This document shows positions 24,801 through 39,396 of a DNA stretch of 64,000 nucleotides, one piece after another (the first letter of the stretch is position 1; the number at the start of each line of letters is the position of its first letter). The DNA comes from Antedon mediterranea (Eukaryota > Animalia > Echinodermata): the NCBI RefSeq assembly GCF_964355755.1, contig NC_092675.1, positions 24,896,912-24,960,911 on the forward strand, read 5' to 3'. A program made the translations under genes and the position numbers. The notes under the pieces were generated by a model. That model made no database searches and had not been told where the DNA came from. It worked only from the letters and a program-made list of their open reading frames with translations.

Positions 24801-27800
24801 AAAGGTAACAAGATTTATTTCAATGCTATTTACAGATTTACATTTGGGACCCTCAGAAGAGTATACAGTGGTTCCCACTTTAAGCTCTGTCTACACTATT
24901 AAAGTTTATGTAACTAAAGAATGTGAGGTGCCCAAATATGGACATAATGATGTCATATCACTAACATATTTGGGTACATCACACTTTTTTTGTCAAACTA
25001 GTTTGATAGTGTAGACAGAGCTTAAGTCTTTGTTTGGCCCTCTTTGCCACTATAATATTTATAGATTTCCCTTTTGCTTATGAACATGTTTAAATTATTT
25101 TCCAGTACAATCCTGTTTATGAAGTGGCGATCTCCATAGATAAGCAGGGAATGGTGGAATATTGGACAGGACCAAAGAAAGATTATCAGTTTCCAAAGAA
25201 TGTAGCTTTTGGGTATAAAACAGACACAGATCTATATGAATTTCTAAAGGTATTATGTTCTTCAGTCAAACATAGAAAAAAAAAAAAAAAAACTTTTTTC
25301 TTCATCAAATGACCTTATTCTCTCCATTCAATGAAATACAAAACATTCATCATTTGCTTTTATAACACTCTACTCTACAATATATTGTGAATTATTTAAA
25401 GAACATGGGCCTAGGCCTAGACTTTTTTGTGTAGAAAGCAACCTATTTCTGCCTTCCTTCCTTCTTAGTAATGCAAACAATTGAGAGGGAAAATAATCCT
25501 TAGACTGATTATGACATCATAAATGTTTCTACTGTAAACTTATTTTAATTGATTTCTGTTATTGTGTATTTTTCTATTACAGAGCAAAACAATTCCTTTG
25601 TGCTTAGCATTTTCACCAGATGGAAAACAGTTTGCTACAATTTCAAAAGATAGAAAGGTTAGTTTTAATTACATCATTGCTACCCAACAATATCAGCCCA
25701 TTATTAACTTTCAGATAAAGCTTCCTTACATCCCATTTCCAAAAAAAATGTCTGTGGTAGCCATCTTCTGTGCTAGTATGTAAGCGATCCATGGAAGTTG
25801 GCATTCTCAGAGTTCACATGGATTCCAATTCATGTAGACGAGAAAAAGCATGTCATGTTGAAGAGGACCAATAAGGATTGTAACACCAAATTGCAATGGG
25901 TAAACAATTGCTATATCAAATACTAATCAGTTAAATAAATATATGTCGCATCTACTATATTTGTTTTTGATCTACTATATTTGTGTTTGTAGATCCGTAT
26001 TTTTAAATTTCAAACTGGTAAAATGACAAGGGTACTGGATGAATCATTAAAGACCTTTACTGAACTACAGCAGATGAAACAACAATTACCTGATATGGAG
26101 TTTGGTAGGAGAATGGCTGTGGAGAGAGATCTTCAAAAGTCAGATGCTTATGATAAAGCTAATATAAGTAAGAATTTGTTATGATTAACTAACCTTTGTA
26201 AATCTCTATCTACACTATCAAATGTTATGTGAGAAAAAAAATGTGATGTATACCATATTTGGACATGATGACATCACATCACTACCATATTTTAGCAAAT
26301 CCTACTTTTTTGTCCAACTAGTTTGATAGTCTAGACAGAGCTTTAGGTTAAAATGTTTTTGTTCCATGATTGCATAATGTCTGCTTTTTAACTGAAAAAT
26401 CAAATATGTTTTGAAATAAAGACATACCATTTTTGCTAATGACAAATTACAACTATTATCTTTTCAGTTTATGACCAAAGTGGTTACTTTTTACTGTATT
26501 CGACGATGTTAGGAATTAAAGTTATTAATTTGTATAATAATACATGTTCAAGGTTCATTGGTAAGGTAAGCTGAAACAACAAACAAAATAAATCTTTTTT
26601 AAATAATAATAATAAAAAATTTTTAATAACATTTATATGATTGATCTACAAGTTTATGATAATACTCACTGTACTTGCTTTTAATAGTTCTTGACATTTT
26701 TATCTTACATTTCAGACAGAGAATGTGCGCTTCTTACAATTAGCCCTTTTCCAAGGTAACGTAAAGGAGAAAAAAGCTGCACTCACCATAGAGATGAAGG
26801 CATCCGATAATCCAGCTTTACTGGGCCTAGAACTTGATCCTACCCTGTTTTGTACTGGGTTTAAAAAGAACAGGTTCTTTATATTTTCAAGAAGGGAACC
26901 AGATGAAACTAAGCAGTAAGAATCTCTTTATCTCTTTCTTGTCTTTTGTACATTCAAGGTTTAATATGATACTATTTTAACTGTTCCATTGACAGTATTC
27001 CTTGGCCTAACTTTCACACTAAATAACTTACCATACATACTACAACTTTTAATAGAGTATTTCATTTTTATATATCTCATTCAAATACATTTGCATTGGC
27101 TGATAGGTGTCAGTGCCTTATAAATACATTGACAATAAGTTTTCTAAACTATGCATCTATAATTGTTGTATATATAAATGAAACAAGTACACTAAAATAA
27201 GTTTATTTCTTTGTTTATTAGTGTTGGTAATGATCGAGATGTCTTCAATGAAAAACCATCCAAGGAGGAACAAATCGCAGCCTCACAGGTACATAAATTG
27301 AATTAACTTAATTAAGGCTGTGCTATTTTCATGTGTACATGCATTTTGAAGCTAGCAGTTTTCTTGTCTTAATTTGTTGTTGTCTCTTAAAGGATGATAA
27401 GATATGATACAAAAAAAATCTTGATAAAAATTAAAACAAAAAGGCATATATAAATAATTAAAAACTTGTTGATACCACAGTATAACATTTTTAAGGTTAC
27501 TATTCAATTAAAAGACATCAAACGTTGTTAGAAAATAAGACTCAGTTATACAGATTACTGTACCACTATTTGACCAAAGAGACCAATTATATTTAGTATT
27601 GAAAGTTTGGTTTTTACTCTAGGGAGAAGAGATTTGCATTATTATTATAATGTGTGTTCCTCTAGCTTCAAACAATAGATTGTAAAGTATATGCTTTATT
27701 TGAAATTTTCCCTTCACAACCAGCTGTCTGATGGAAGTTGTTTATTTGAAAATGTTTTGATGGTAATTAAATTGTTGATTTATGCTTATGTTTCAGTCTG

Positions 27801-29326
27801 ACATGTCGTTGAAGTTGTCTAACCTTGCAGTGATGCATACTACAATGGGGGATGTTGTCATCAACTTGTTTCCCAAAGAGTGAGTAGCTATCGACGTCGT
27901 ATTGATTAATATCATTCAATTTTAAAGTTTTAACAAGAAATTTATTTCATGAAATCGCATAACTTCTAGAATGTTTTACTGTGTTTAGTGTGGCACTTAT
28001 GATGTATAAATACAAAATACAATCAACTTTATTTACCCCATCGCCATTCAATCCCTGTAGTGTTATAAGCCAGTACCTCAGTTATTTCAATTGATCAGAA
28101 AGTTCAAGAAAAAAAATATGTTGCTTATACTATACAGAGAGACCCAGGTTCAATTCCCGACAACTCCCAGTCTACTCAGCTGTAAATGAGTACCTGGTTG
28201 AAAATAACAAGGAGGATAAGGCAGGGTGGAAATGAATTGGCCACCCTACTACATAATGCCAAGGCTTAGTAAATTGAGCTAACAGCTCATTCCCCTACGT
28301 TCAGAAACAAATACCTATACTAAACAATAATTGTTATTTCTAAATTCCAGATGTCCCAAGACAATAGAAAACTTCTGTGTACACTCTAAGAATGGATACT
28401 ACAATGGACATTTCTTCCATCGAGTTATTAAAGGCTTTATGGTACAAACTGGAGACCCATTAGGTATGTAACCAAACCTAACCGTTGACTCACTATCAAT
28501 GGTTCAATGACTTGATGACAGATGCAAGAAAGTTTCCATGGTGTTGCATATATAAGATAAATGTTAAGTTGATGTTACTAATGACAGCTATTTATTTGTT
28601 AGTCTTGTCTAAACAAGTGTAATGTGCCTAAATATTATGGTAGTGATATGACATCATCATCTCCGTGAGCACATCACACTATACAGTATAGATGCATGTA
28701 GAAAAGTGTTTTTATTGTTAAAATAAAGCATCTTTTAATATCAATTGCGTATATCATATTTGATGGCATTTTAATAATACATACATTATTACTCTGAAGG
28801 CAATGGAACTGGTGGAGAGTCAATTTGGGGAGGAGAATTTGAGGATGAGTTTCACCCTCGTTTGAAGCACGATAGACCTTACATACTGAGTATGGCAAAC
28901 GCTGGACCAAATACAAACGGATCACAGTTCTTTATCACAGTTGCACCATGTGTAAGTATCATTTGTGCAGTGTTTTGCGGCTATTTTATTCATTTCGAAA
29001 AAGCTCTCGATGGAGAAACAGAGTATACATATTAATAGTAATCACATTTTGAAGTCCTAAATAGAGAGAAATGAAATTATAATTATCAATAAATTTATTT
29101 ATCTTTAATTTCACTTTTACCCATGATTTTATGATGATTTTAACTAATGAATTAAATTACATGATTTTTTTTCTGAATATAGCCTTGGTTGGACAACAAG
29201 CACACAGTGTTTGGAAAAGTGACAAAGGGAATGGATGTTGTACAAAAAATATCAGAGGTGAAGACAAACTCAAAGACAGAAAAACCAATGGAAGACATAC
29301 GCATTATTAATATTGCTATTAAATGA
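21809..29326 (+). CDS. PPWD1: Peptidylprolyl isomerase domain and WD repeat-containing protein 1
   Basis: Exon 1 21809-21947 (EWIGPLP...KKKRK). Then [53 protein letters not shown]. Cyclophilin domain [57 protein letters not shown] at 29324-29326. Confidence 0.96.
22347..22710. mobile_element. MITE with imperfect TIRs
   Basis: caagtt..atgcactt.tcaattgtatga..tatgacccactata...ccccggga versus tcccgggg...tatagtgggtcatacaattgaaaagtgcattaacttg. Confidence 0.65.
22970..23290. mobile_element. Hairpin-forming non-autonomous element (Crypton-like), multi-copy
   Basis: ~85-bp inverted arms around a cgaggcaaagccgag loop. Partial copies at ~2585-2710, 23505-23640, 23700-23760, 25300-25360 and 50875-50975. 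Confidence 0.55.
24883..25022. mobile_element. Harbinger/Tourist-like MITE family (~140 bp), representative copy
   Basis: TIR agctctgtctacactatcaaact with TWA flanks. Other copies at 3035-3158, ~16490-16590, 26202-26342, ~28600-28695, 31051-31191, 35532-35653, 36549-36694, 47292-47446, 48142-48268 and ~50480-50581. Confidence 0.9.
28141..28302 (+). mobile_element. SINE fragment
   Basis: B-box ggttcaattcc followed by gtctactcagctgtaaatgagtacc, related to the core of the SINE at 4486. Confidence 0.6.
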
Positions 29327-29378
29327 AACATCATATGTAAAACGTATTTGAGAAGAACAATGCTGTTACTGCAATATA

Positions 29379-29520
29379 GTAATAATAATAATAAAAATGG
29401 TAGTCTTATATAGCGCCTAATACTAATGTTTCTAAGCGCTTTACACAGAAAGATGATCCATAAATATCCTAAGATAACCAACAACAAAAATGAAAAGTAG
29501 AGGAACCATTTACACCCATA
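29379..29520 (-). mobile_element. SINE 3' fragment in the PPWD1 3'UTR
   Basis: Reverse complement reads aagcgcttagaaacattagtattaggcgctatataa...(tat)n, matching the tail at 4730-4788. Confidence 0.7.
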
Positions 29521-30369
29521 CACTCCATTCTCCAGCACTTTGAAGCTCCTGTATGAGCGCTTGCCGGAACAGTATTTACAGGGGCTCTATTGAAAAAGGC
29601 ATCTGTCTATCCTACCCAAATAGGAAGAAAAAATATGTTGCTTAATATACAGTAATGTTTATAATCCTTCCATGAAAAGCTAATGAAACAGCTGTGTCAA
29701 AAACATAAGTTCTGCATTGGGTATAAAGATTCAATGTATTCTATATTTTACTTCCTATCGCCAGACTCATCTCTAATATTATTTCCAAATGGTTTAATTA
29801 TTTTAACCATAGACTTCATCAGGCAGTCAGTAAAGCCCACAGACAAATGCATGAAACCTAAAAATCTGTATTGGCAATGACAATTTTAAATCAATTTCTT
29901 TGCTGCAGACAAATTTCTCAACACAGGCTCTGAAATTTCTTTTTACATGGCTATCTTTATATTTGACTTATGTAAAATTCCATTGCACTTGTATCAATAA
30001 AACAATCAGTTTGTGAAAAACTGCATCTGCAACTTTGTTGTACATAATACCTTTTTTATGTAATAAATATACATATTTCATACTATTTCTTTGTTTGTAG
30101 TTTTGTTGTACAAATAATTCATATTTAGAATCATTATTATAAAACAGAAATTGTGAGATGTAATATTTCATAGCAACATTCATATCTTATTGAGGGAAGA
30201 TTAGGGTAGGAATGTTACCAGTAAGTAATGAAAAGGGGAAAAACATACATCTTTTCTTATGTGAAGGCATTTTTGCCAGTCATGCCTCTAGAGTGTGTAT
30301 CTCCTGTATTCTCGACTATTGTTGTACATCATGTAATAAATGTTCCGTATCCAAGCAACTAAACATCTA

Positions 30370-30696
30370 CATCTCACCAAAGTTAAGCAATGTTGAGCCT
30401 GGTTAGTGCTTGGATGGGAGACCATCTGGGAATATTGGGTGCTGTATAAGGAGCTGGGGTCCCGTTACGCATTTGAAATCAGCATTGCCGACTCTTATGG
30501 CAGCCCCTGCATGTAGTATCTGCCTCAGATGTATTGGCCCATGCCTTTCCTCTGGTCAAGGTGGGCACTGGACAAGATAATCCCTTGATCCATGTTAGGA
30601 CCAATCAAGGTGCTTTAAACAGTCCTGGCTTTGTTTGTATTAAACCTGTTAGTGGCGGTAATTATCGCTGTTGGTCTCGATTGAATAAAATAAAAA
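30370..30696 (+). mobile_element. 5S rRNA-derived SINE (SINE3-like)
   Basis: agttaagcaatgttgagcctggttagtgcttggatgggagaccatctgggaatattgggtgctgta matches the 3' two-thirds of 5S rRNA (A, IE and C boxes). A ~240-bp body and A-rich tail follow. Confidence 0.8.
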
Positions 30697-31213
30697 TGTT
30701 CATAATTAATAGCGTGGACCTCCAGGTCCATGATTATATCATCCTATAATCCAACTGTACCATCCATAATCATTCCCTTTAATGGAATTTAATTAATGAC
30801 AACATTCAAAATAGATATCGCATTAATCTTTATTATTTTTCACAATTAGAGTACAGTAATAATAACAAATCTATTTTTGTAATTTTTTATATAATTATCA
30901 TTCTATTGTATTATTTTAATCTACACAAAAATATTTATATTTACATATTTACAATACATTTTCAAGAAGCATTTAAATTTGAAGCAAACAGACATTTGGA
31001 TTGAATGCACATCCATGTTGCAATCATAAATAAGCACTTTATTTACATAAAGCTCTGTCTACACTATTGAACTAGTTTGACAAAAAAATGTGATGTGCCC
31101 ATATATAAACATGATGTCATATCACTACCATATTGTATTTGGGCATATCACACTTTTTTTGTCAAACTAATTTGATAGTGTAGACAGAGATTTAGGTGGA
31201 ATGTAGTGAACCT

Positions 31214-34200
31214 TCAAACTGAAGCTTGTGGTCGCAATCCTGGAAAATAAGCACTCATAAGTGGAGGAGTAACTGGTGCTGGTTTTACCGACCGAGCATT
31301 AGTTTTTACAGGGGCTTGGCTCTGTTTTGTTGTTGGCTTAGGAAATGAGTGCATTGGTTGACTAGCCGGGGTAGAATGATCAACTGGGCCTCTGAGTATT
31401 TCACCATGATGATTTAGGCTTGGCTGAAGAAACTTAGCATCTAATGCTGGTTCACTGCAAACAAAAAATCAGAAGGTGAATGGATATTAAATGGATAAAA
31501 AAAATGTGGTTATTTAGTTAAATGAACAATTATTTTTCCTATCCACTCTATGCTATGTGTTGACAAGCTTTTAGGGGTAGCCTGTACATATGTATGATCA
31601 GATAAACTACAGTAAGGTTATATTCATCAAACACACAATATTTAGGTTGAAGCGACTTTCATTTAGTGTATAGTGTACAGGTTTATATGCATGCTTTGGT
31701 CATACAAATGTTGTATCTCTAGAAACGACTAAAAATGCCTAATTTTCTTCTTTTTTCAACTTCTATCGCATCAAAGCATATGGTTACTCCATCACTGTTA
31801 CAGTAGATCAGGTGGTAATAACATGATGAAATGTCATAATAATAATGATTGTATACCTCTGTCTATTTACTACTATTGGTGCTCCTACAACTGGCGTGTT
31901 AGACAGTTCCTCTGGTATGCTACCAATTCTACTAGGTTTTTGACTTATCGAGTTTGCTTTTCTTATCAATTGAGGATTGTACTGAATCTTAAAGAACAAA
32001 AAAACTATTTTTCTAGGGTTGTATTATTGGGTTAAAAATATACTTTACAGTGCAGTGAATGGTCTCACGAACCAAGTATTGTACATCAATTTAATGACAC
32101 ACTATGCCAGCCTAATAATATACTAAATCAAGTTCTACAAACTATGAGCTGCAGCCCAAAAAATTTTTTGCAGGAAACATTTTGAAGGGCTGTTTTGCAA
32201 TAGTACAGAACATGCATTTTAAAAAAAGATTTCAAAAGTTATTTTAACAAGGAGGGCCAGGATTTTATTCGCAAAGTGAATTTTTTAGACAAATATTTGG
32301 GGCGAATATCTATTTTGTAAGAATATATCTTCTAGTAACACATAATAGTGTATCCCCAAAAACATCATTCTAAATGTCCATTTAAACATATTATTACCTG
32401 CTGTTGAATAGAACTAGGCCTTGAAGGATAGTTGTGATGTGAGAAGCGCGAATCACTCAGATTTCCTGGAATACTACTAATATTTGTTGTACTCAGTGGC
32501 TGAAAGAAAGTTTAAATACCTATACAATATCCTATTGAAAATTGCAAAAATGTATCTAAGGCTATAATATATTTAACAACATCAATGATTTTTATAAAAG
32601 AAGGGTATGAACACAATTTCTGCTGAGATTTTGCATAATTAATGGTAACCCGACTAAAATGATTAGATCAAAAACAGGTAGACAAAAAATTGAACCCTGT
32701 AGAAATAATCATTTATAATAAATATAAATATGTACCTGATTTGGTTGAAATGTTGGTTTGTAACCAGTGGTAGCATTGGAAGGCATGTCGTAACCGCCAG
32801 GTAGCTTTCTAGATAGTTGGGCCTCATTCACTTGTTTGTTCAACCAATTAATAACTGGAAAATATTAAATTTGTAATTAATAATTTCATCATCATTATTA
32901 TTCTGTGACTTTTTCCAGTTAGAAAATAAAATATTGTATGCTCATTAAATCATGCTGGATTCACTACAGAGAAATAATACGTTTTCCCCTTCAATCCCCA
33001 TTGTTTTCAATCAAATGAATGGTTCAACAAAATCAATGCCAGGATGATTTCTCAACTAGCTGTTCTTACAAAATATACACACTAGAACTTTAACAAAATT
33101 AGCTCACCATTCTCATTTGTTTTAAGAAGTTCTCGACTTTCTTCAAGCTTTTTCTTTACATTCTCAAATGACTCGCTTAAAATCTTGTTCTGTCAATAAC
33201 ATTAACCAAGAGATTACATAATGAAATATTTATAATACAAATATGAACCAGAAGGCGTTTTACAATGTTTTAGAATGTCATAATTATAAAAATTTCAAAA
33301 AGAAGCACATCTTTGCTTGAGACTGATTAATACATTTACTGTACTGTAATTAAAGACACTGTAAACTCTGTTTCCAACAGTTGTTTTTAATTCTTCACAA
33401 TGTATATAACATTAGAGGGTCACATTATTCCTGATAATAGTGGTTTCTTCGCTTTTGTCCCTGATCCTCCACTTATATTGTGTAATAAAGTATATTTTCT
33501 TTTTATTAACCATAGAGCTTTCATAAAAATTAAGTTATTAGCACTTTAAAGTCCTACATCAGAACTGTCTTCCAACCTTATATGAGACACTATAGTATTA
33601 CTGGTATTATGCAAGTAATTTAAGATTTAAATTAAAAATGAATAAAAAACAAATAAAAAATTCTTTCATACTTCACTTTCCAGTTGTGTTATTTTCAAAT
33701 GAATTTGTTTTAACTCCTCCTGAGATTTCACTAGCTCTTGTGACTTTTCACCAAGAACCTTTTCTTGCTGTGTAGTCAAAGTGTTCTTTAACTTAATCTA
33801 AAAAAGATATATAGTTACAGTAAATTAAGGGTCAATTGTAGATTCATGACCCAACAAAGGTCATAGTGTTTACACAAGAAACTTGATTTCTTCTAAAGAA
33901 GACTCAAAATGATGGCTTATTACCATGTTTTCATTTAAATAATGTACACACCTATATATTACACTGTTAAAAAATATGCCGTTGTTGAACAAATAAATGT
34001 TTTTTGAACTTGAACTTGAAAATTTCCCATTGTTCGTTTCACAGAACAAAGTCCCTTACATAGAGGTGTCCCCTAATTAGTGTATATAAATTATCATTTC
34101 AATGTCATTTACATACAGTATATTTTGCCATCTTTATTTTTTTAAATAAATTAAATTGTAATTGATTATACATACAATAAAAATGTTTGAAAGAAAATTA

Positions 34201-37200
34201 ATTTTAAAATAAGAATGAAACTGGATATGATAAAGAATAAACGTTGTCTACCTTAGCCAAGTATGTTTTGTTTTCTGCTCTTAACTTTTTTATTATGTCA
34301 TTTCCCTGAGAAAAAAAAATTAATCAAAGGATATTAGGGTTTAAAAAATGTTTTTTTTATTTAGAATAACAAGCAAGAAGAAAGGACCTTTCATACATCC
34401 TGACATTATGTAGATTTTAATCCAACACATGATTTCAAAGCTCTTTTTAAAAAGCTCAATATTGTTTAATGACTTGCATGCCAAAGAAAAACTATTAAAG
34501 TATGCATTGTAGTATATTGTGTACTTAGTCGTTGCTATTTTTGTACCCTGTTTATTTTGCATTGCAGTACATTGTAGTCTTAGTCATTGTTGTACAATTG
34601 AGTGGTAAGGAAACAATACTCTCTACACGAGTACAAAAACAAATATTTAGTTGCAATATTTTACCTTATGAACTTCTTGTGTCATATTCTTAAGTGTTGT
34701 TTCTAATTTGGTAATTCGATGTCTTAACTGGCTACAACTTTCTTCAATCTTGCTCTATTAAACAAATTTGTAAAATTAATTAAAAAACATGAAAATAAAA
34801 TACAAGAATGTAAATTGTCATAATAATATTTTCAGTAAAGTAATATATTATTTTATTCTGAATATGAAATGTTGTATCAAATTTTAAAAATCGACACTGC
34901 AGCTTGTTAAAAGCCTTCATGTAATGCATGTACAATTATGCTGTATAAAAGAACACCATCTTTATACCGTAAAACACCAACCATAATAAAAACAAACCTT
35001 GTGTTCATTTGCAGATTCAATTAACGTGTTATTTTTCTCAATAAGGATATCCTTATCCCTGACTTCCTGTTCCAAAACTGCGACTTTCGTTCGTAGTTGA
35101 CTAACTGCCTTGTCGCGCTCGTGGCACACTGTTTCAAGACCGCTGTTGTCTTTACGCAATGTCTGCAATTCTTGACGAGCACGGTGGTAATCCTAGCAAT
35201 GACCATGAAAGAAATGTGAACAATAATCAAATAATAATAATAAAATTATTAATATTAAATTTAAAGCAACAACAACCATCATAACAACCCTACCTCACTT
35301 GTACCTAAAATTTTGCTTGGGTTAATTTTACGTTTACCTCTAAGCAGCATGTATATTTATATGTAGATAATTTATGTAGATACCTGTAAATAAACAACTT
35401 ACCTCTTCTAACCCACTGAGTTTGCCTTTTAGTTCACGAATGTTTGATTCCGAGCGATATTTACGATCCACAAGTTCCTAAAGTAATAAAGACATATTCA
35501 AGCGCATATTTTTCAACTTTTCTGATTGTAAAGCTCTGTCTACACTATCAAACTAGTTTGTGATATTCCCAAATATGGTAGTGATATGACATCATCATGT
35601 CCATATATGGGCACATTTTTTGTTACATAAAGTTTGATAGTGTAGACATAGTTTAAGGGGAAAAAGCATCCTATAGGCCAACACACTTTTTACAACCACC
35701 AATTTACACATGATGTAACCTACCTTATTATTAGTATCTTGTTTACACAACCTATCTTCCAGTTGTTGTAGTTTTTTTCTATAGTTCTCTTCCATTTCAC
35801 ATTTTTCCCTTTCAACTCTTGTTTGGTAGTCAGTTTGTTTCTAAGTATTAGATTTAATAATCAATTTAAAATATTTAGATATGCATACCTACCATTTTGT
35901 TTTTTGGGTCTCGTAATTTTACTGCATATGCTGAATATATGACACAAATTATACAAAATTCAGCACTAACAACATATTATTTTCTTTAGTATGTCATAAT
36001 GCCGTTTGTTTTGCGGATAACTAACTTGTCAAAGTGACAAATTCAAATAAGGTTGGTATTATTTTTGCTAAAATAAGTTGTTTGAAGAGCCATTTTTTTT
36101 TATCACTAAATAGAAAACATGTATTGTATGATACTAGTAAAAGCTTATAAATGATTCATCTAAGATCAGATGTTGTATACTATATTAGTTTTAGTACATT
36201 GTATAATGTAGCTAAGGAAAAAAAGTTTTTTTTAGAAGTGTTATCGAATTTAACCTTTAGAAAAATAATAATCATACCTCTACTGCCATCTTCCTTTCTA
36301 TTAATAATTCATTGGAATGTTCAGCTGTAAGATTACTCAACCGTGATGACCATTCCAGTTTCAAACTGTCCAATTCTGACCTACATGCTGACAATGCCTA
36401 AAATAATCAACAGTAAACACAAAATATGAGAAAAATGTATAGCATACATTTAAATTCATATTTGATTATGAAATCAATAAAAGCAATGGTCCTACATGAT
36501 GTAGTCGAATGATACTCTCAGCACTGCACATAATATTTCTATATATAAAGCTCTGTCTACACTGTCAAACTGTGAGTGACAAAAAAAATGGCCATGGACA
36601 TGATAATGTCATCACTACCATATTTAAGCATATCACTACCATATTTGGGCATATCACACATTTTTGTCACTAGTTTTATATTGTAGACAGAACCTTTTAC
36701 AGATACCAATATATCAATGATAAAATACACCCTGTCTTCATTTAAACGTATTGTGTTTCTGTGGGTGGGTTTGCAAAAAAACAGAAAATACCTCTTGAGT
36801 TTGGCGAAGACGCTGAGACAGATCTGCTTCCGTTTCTTTTAGTTTGGACTCAAGATTATGTTTCTCATCCTAAAATAATACAACATAATTGTATATACTA
36901 TGAATAACATGTTTTAGTAATGTTACTTTTACATTATATTGCCTCAATCAAAGCGCTATACTAATAGATTCAAATTTATAATGTCCATTACAGTGTGTAG
37001 CTAGATGATATCTACAGAGAGGGAACCATATGCAACAAGGTTACAACCCTCAACTTTTCAATCATTCAATTTTTAAAGTGCTTTGTTCTTATAGTGCACA
37101 GAAGCCAAATTATGTGTACACTGGACCTCCAGTTTTAAGTTGTTATTCCAAGAAAAATTGTTCTTCCACCACATCTAGAGTTGATACAGTATTGTTAATT

Positions 37201-39004
37201 TAACTTACTATCATTAGAATTATGTGTTACAACATACCTTAAGATTTTTCAGACAATCAGCAAGATATTTCTTGACATCACCATCCATTCCAGGAAGAAG
37301 TTTGAGCGATAAGTGTGTCAAATGTTTAAAAGCATTTGTTTGGATGACACTTAAGCTAGCTATGCTCATGCTGCTTAAAGATGGAGTATCAAGTTGTAGC
37401 AAAAATCTAATAAATTAAACCAGAAAAAGCTTATGATTATTATTGATATATCTAATATTTGCAAATGATATGTCATGCAGAATTTGTCTTACAGTATTCT
37501 GTTTAGGAGTTGGTATAAGATAAGTTCTTTTACTTCTAATTCCGATCCCTGAAACAGCTCCTAATTATTGATACCATTTAATTTATTGTAAAGGTATGCT
37601 TGTTGTTTTTTTTTCTTGGATGGTTAAAAAAAAAATGAGAATCAATTTTTTTTTTAAATTGATTGAAAATACACTTTATGTGGAAGTGTAATGCAATAGG
37701 ACCTTTTTTGTTTGTTTTTTTTTAAACTAAACAATGCTCAGGTCAATACAAATATTGTGCAACATAAATGTGAAGGATTTAAGGTAAACTATCAAATTGA
37801 TGTTGTTCTTACTGCGGAACATCTTTGTCCTGTTCCTGTAAACATAGCTCGAGTAGGTCAATGAACTTTTGTGGAAAAGCACCAAAGTCAACTAGCAACC
37901 CCTGTTGGTTTTTCAAACTGAAAATAAAGCATTTATAAACCTTTTACAAACAAACTAAATGTAGACCTTTATTAAATGAGATGAATAAAGAGAAATTATG
38001 TTATGTTGAAACTACAAAATGGCGTATTAAAAGTCTGATTTTATTAATCTTCATTTTTCATGCTTTCTAGTCGATATGAATAGTATTAGACACTTTCTCC
38101 TGAATTCACAAGTTGTGCAATTTATTAAAAGAAGCCAGGTATGAGAATTTAGATAGATTACTAGTGCAACAGAATGTTATATTACCTTTGAAAATCTTCT
38201 TCTCCAAGAGTGAGGTTGTAGAGGAAAAATGGATCATTTTCATCTGTCAGTCTCACCTTCAAATCCTTATTGAAATAAAAAACATTTGAATGCTACAAAT
38301 AAATCACTGTACTATTAAAGTTAAATAAAATGAATTCATTTATTTTTAAAAAGAAATATGTAAAAAAAATGTGTACCGGTAAAGTGGAGAAAATTGATAT
38401 TAGACAAATAAACCCTGTATTGGCTAACACTAACGTTTGTGCCTTGGTGCATCCTCATTTATTAAGTATTACTGGGCCTTTTCTCTGTTAATGCTTATGA
38501 TGATAGCAGTTTTAACCATTTAAAATGGTATGGTGGAACAGCACTAGATTTGTCTGGGAGGTTTAAAAGTTTCTTGTTTCCACAAAAAAAAAACAATTTA
38601 AAATTGTTTTAAAGCAAAAAACTTCACCATTCTCACAGCAATTTACATACCTTTTTGTGAAGAGGGGACGTTACAGTACATAATTCAACAGTTATTTTGA
38701 TATGATGTTTTCTAGGAAATTGAGATAAAAACTGAGTAAACAGAAGGATGAAACAAAAACAAATGTAATTGATATTATTGGCAAGTCAAATTAACAGTGA
38801 CTTTTTATTAATTTTTTTCGATTTAAAGAAAGATCTTGTATGTTTGATATTGGTTATCATTAATACTGTATTAATATTTAGCAGTAACTGTACTAATGTA
38901 AACAATATTCTTGCAGTTATTAACTATAGTTTATAGTCCAACCTTTCTTCTCTATCTGCAGATTTCATCTGTAGAAGTAATACTTTACTATACAGGTTCT
39001 CCAT
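31214..39004 (-). CDS. SASS6: Spindle assembly abnormal protein 6 (centriole cartwheel)
   Basis: [14 protein letters not shown]..., [46 protein letters not shown] (PISA), [17 protein letters not shown], coiled-coil exons, C-terminal SAYFPG. TGA at 31216-31214. Confidence 0.95.
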
Positions 39005-39396
39005 ATTCAATTAGAGTCTATCAGGTATAGGCCTAACAAAAAATGAAACATTATGTAATTCATATGTAAAAAAAAATCATCTACTGTCATGCACTGTTTT
39101 ATGTATTTTTCTTTGTTGTTTTTAATTATACCAAGCAAAAAGGAATTTCCATTTTAAAGTGGAGCAATCAAATTTGTTGAATATTGAACAGCACCAGAAA
39201 AGTACAGTACAAACTTACAGATCATGAGAAACGAGCCTGTGGATATTATGGATTTATATAGGGATTCCTCTTTTACAATAACAACAGAATAACAGACAGC
39301 TGATAAAATAATTGAATTAAATCACTAATACAAACAAAACAATTGATATAAAACTGCTGCTAAACACAAACGATTTGAAAAGGCATGTAGTGAACA

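Noticed and set aside
29152-29538. 128-aa antisense ORF
   Set aside because: It is the antisense shadow of the PPWD1 last exon plus a SINE tail.
30370-30447. Functional 5S rRNA gene
   Set aside because: The 5' third is missing, it has many substitutions, and there is no oligo-T terminator.
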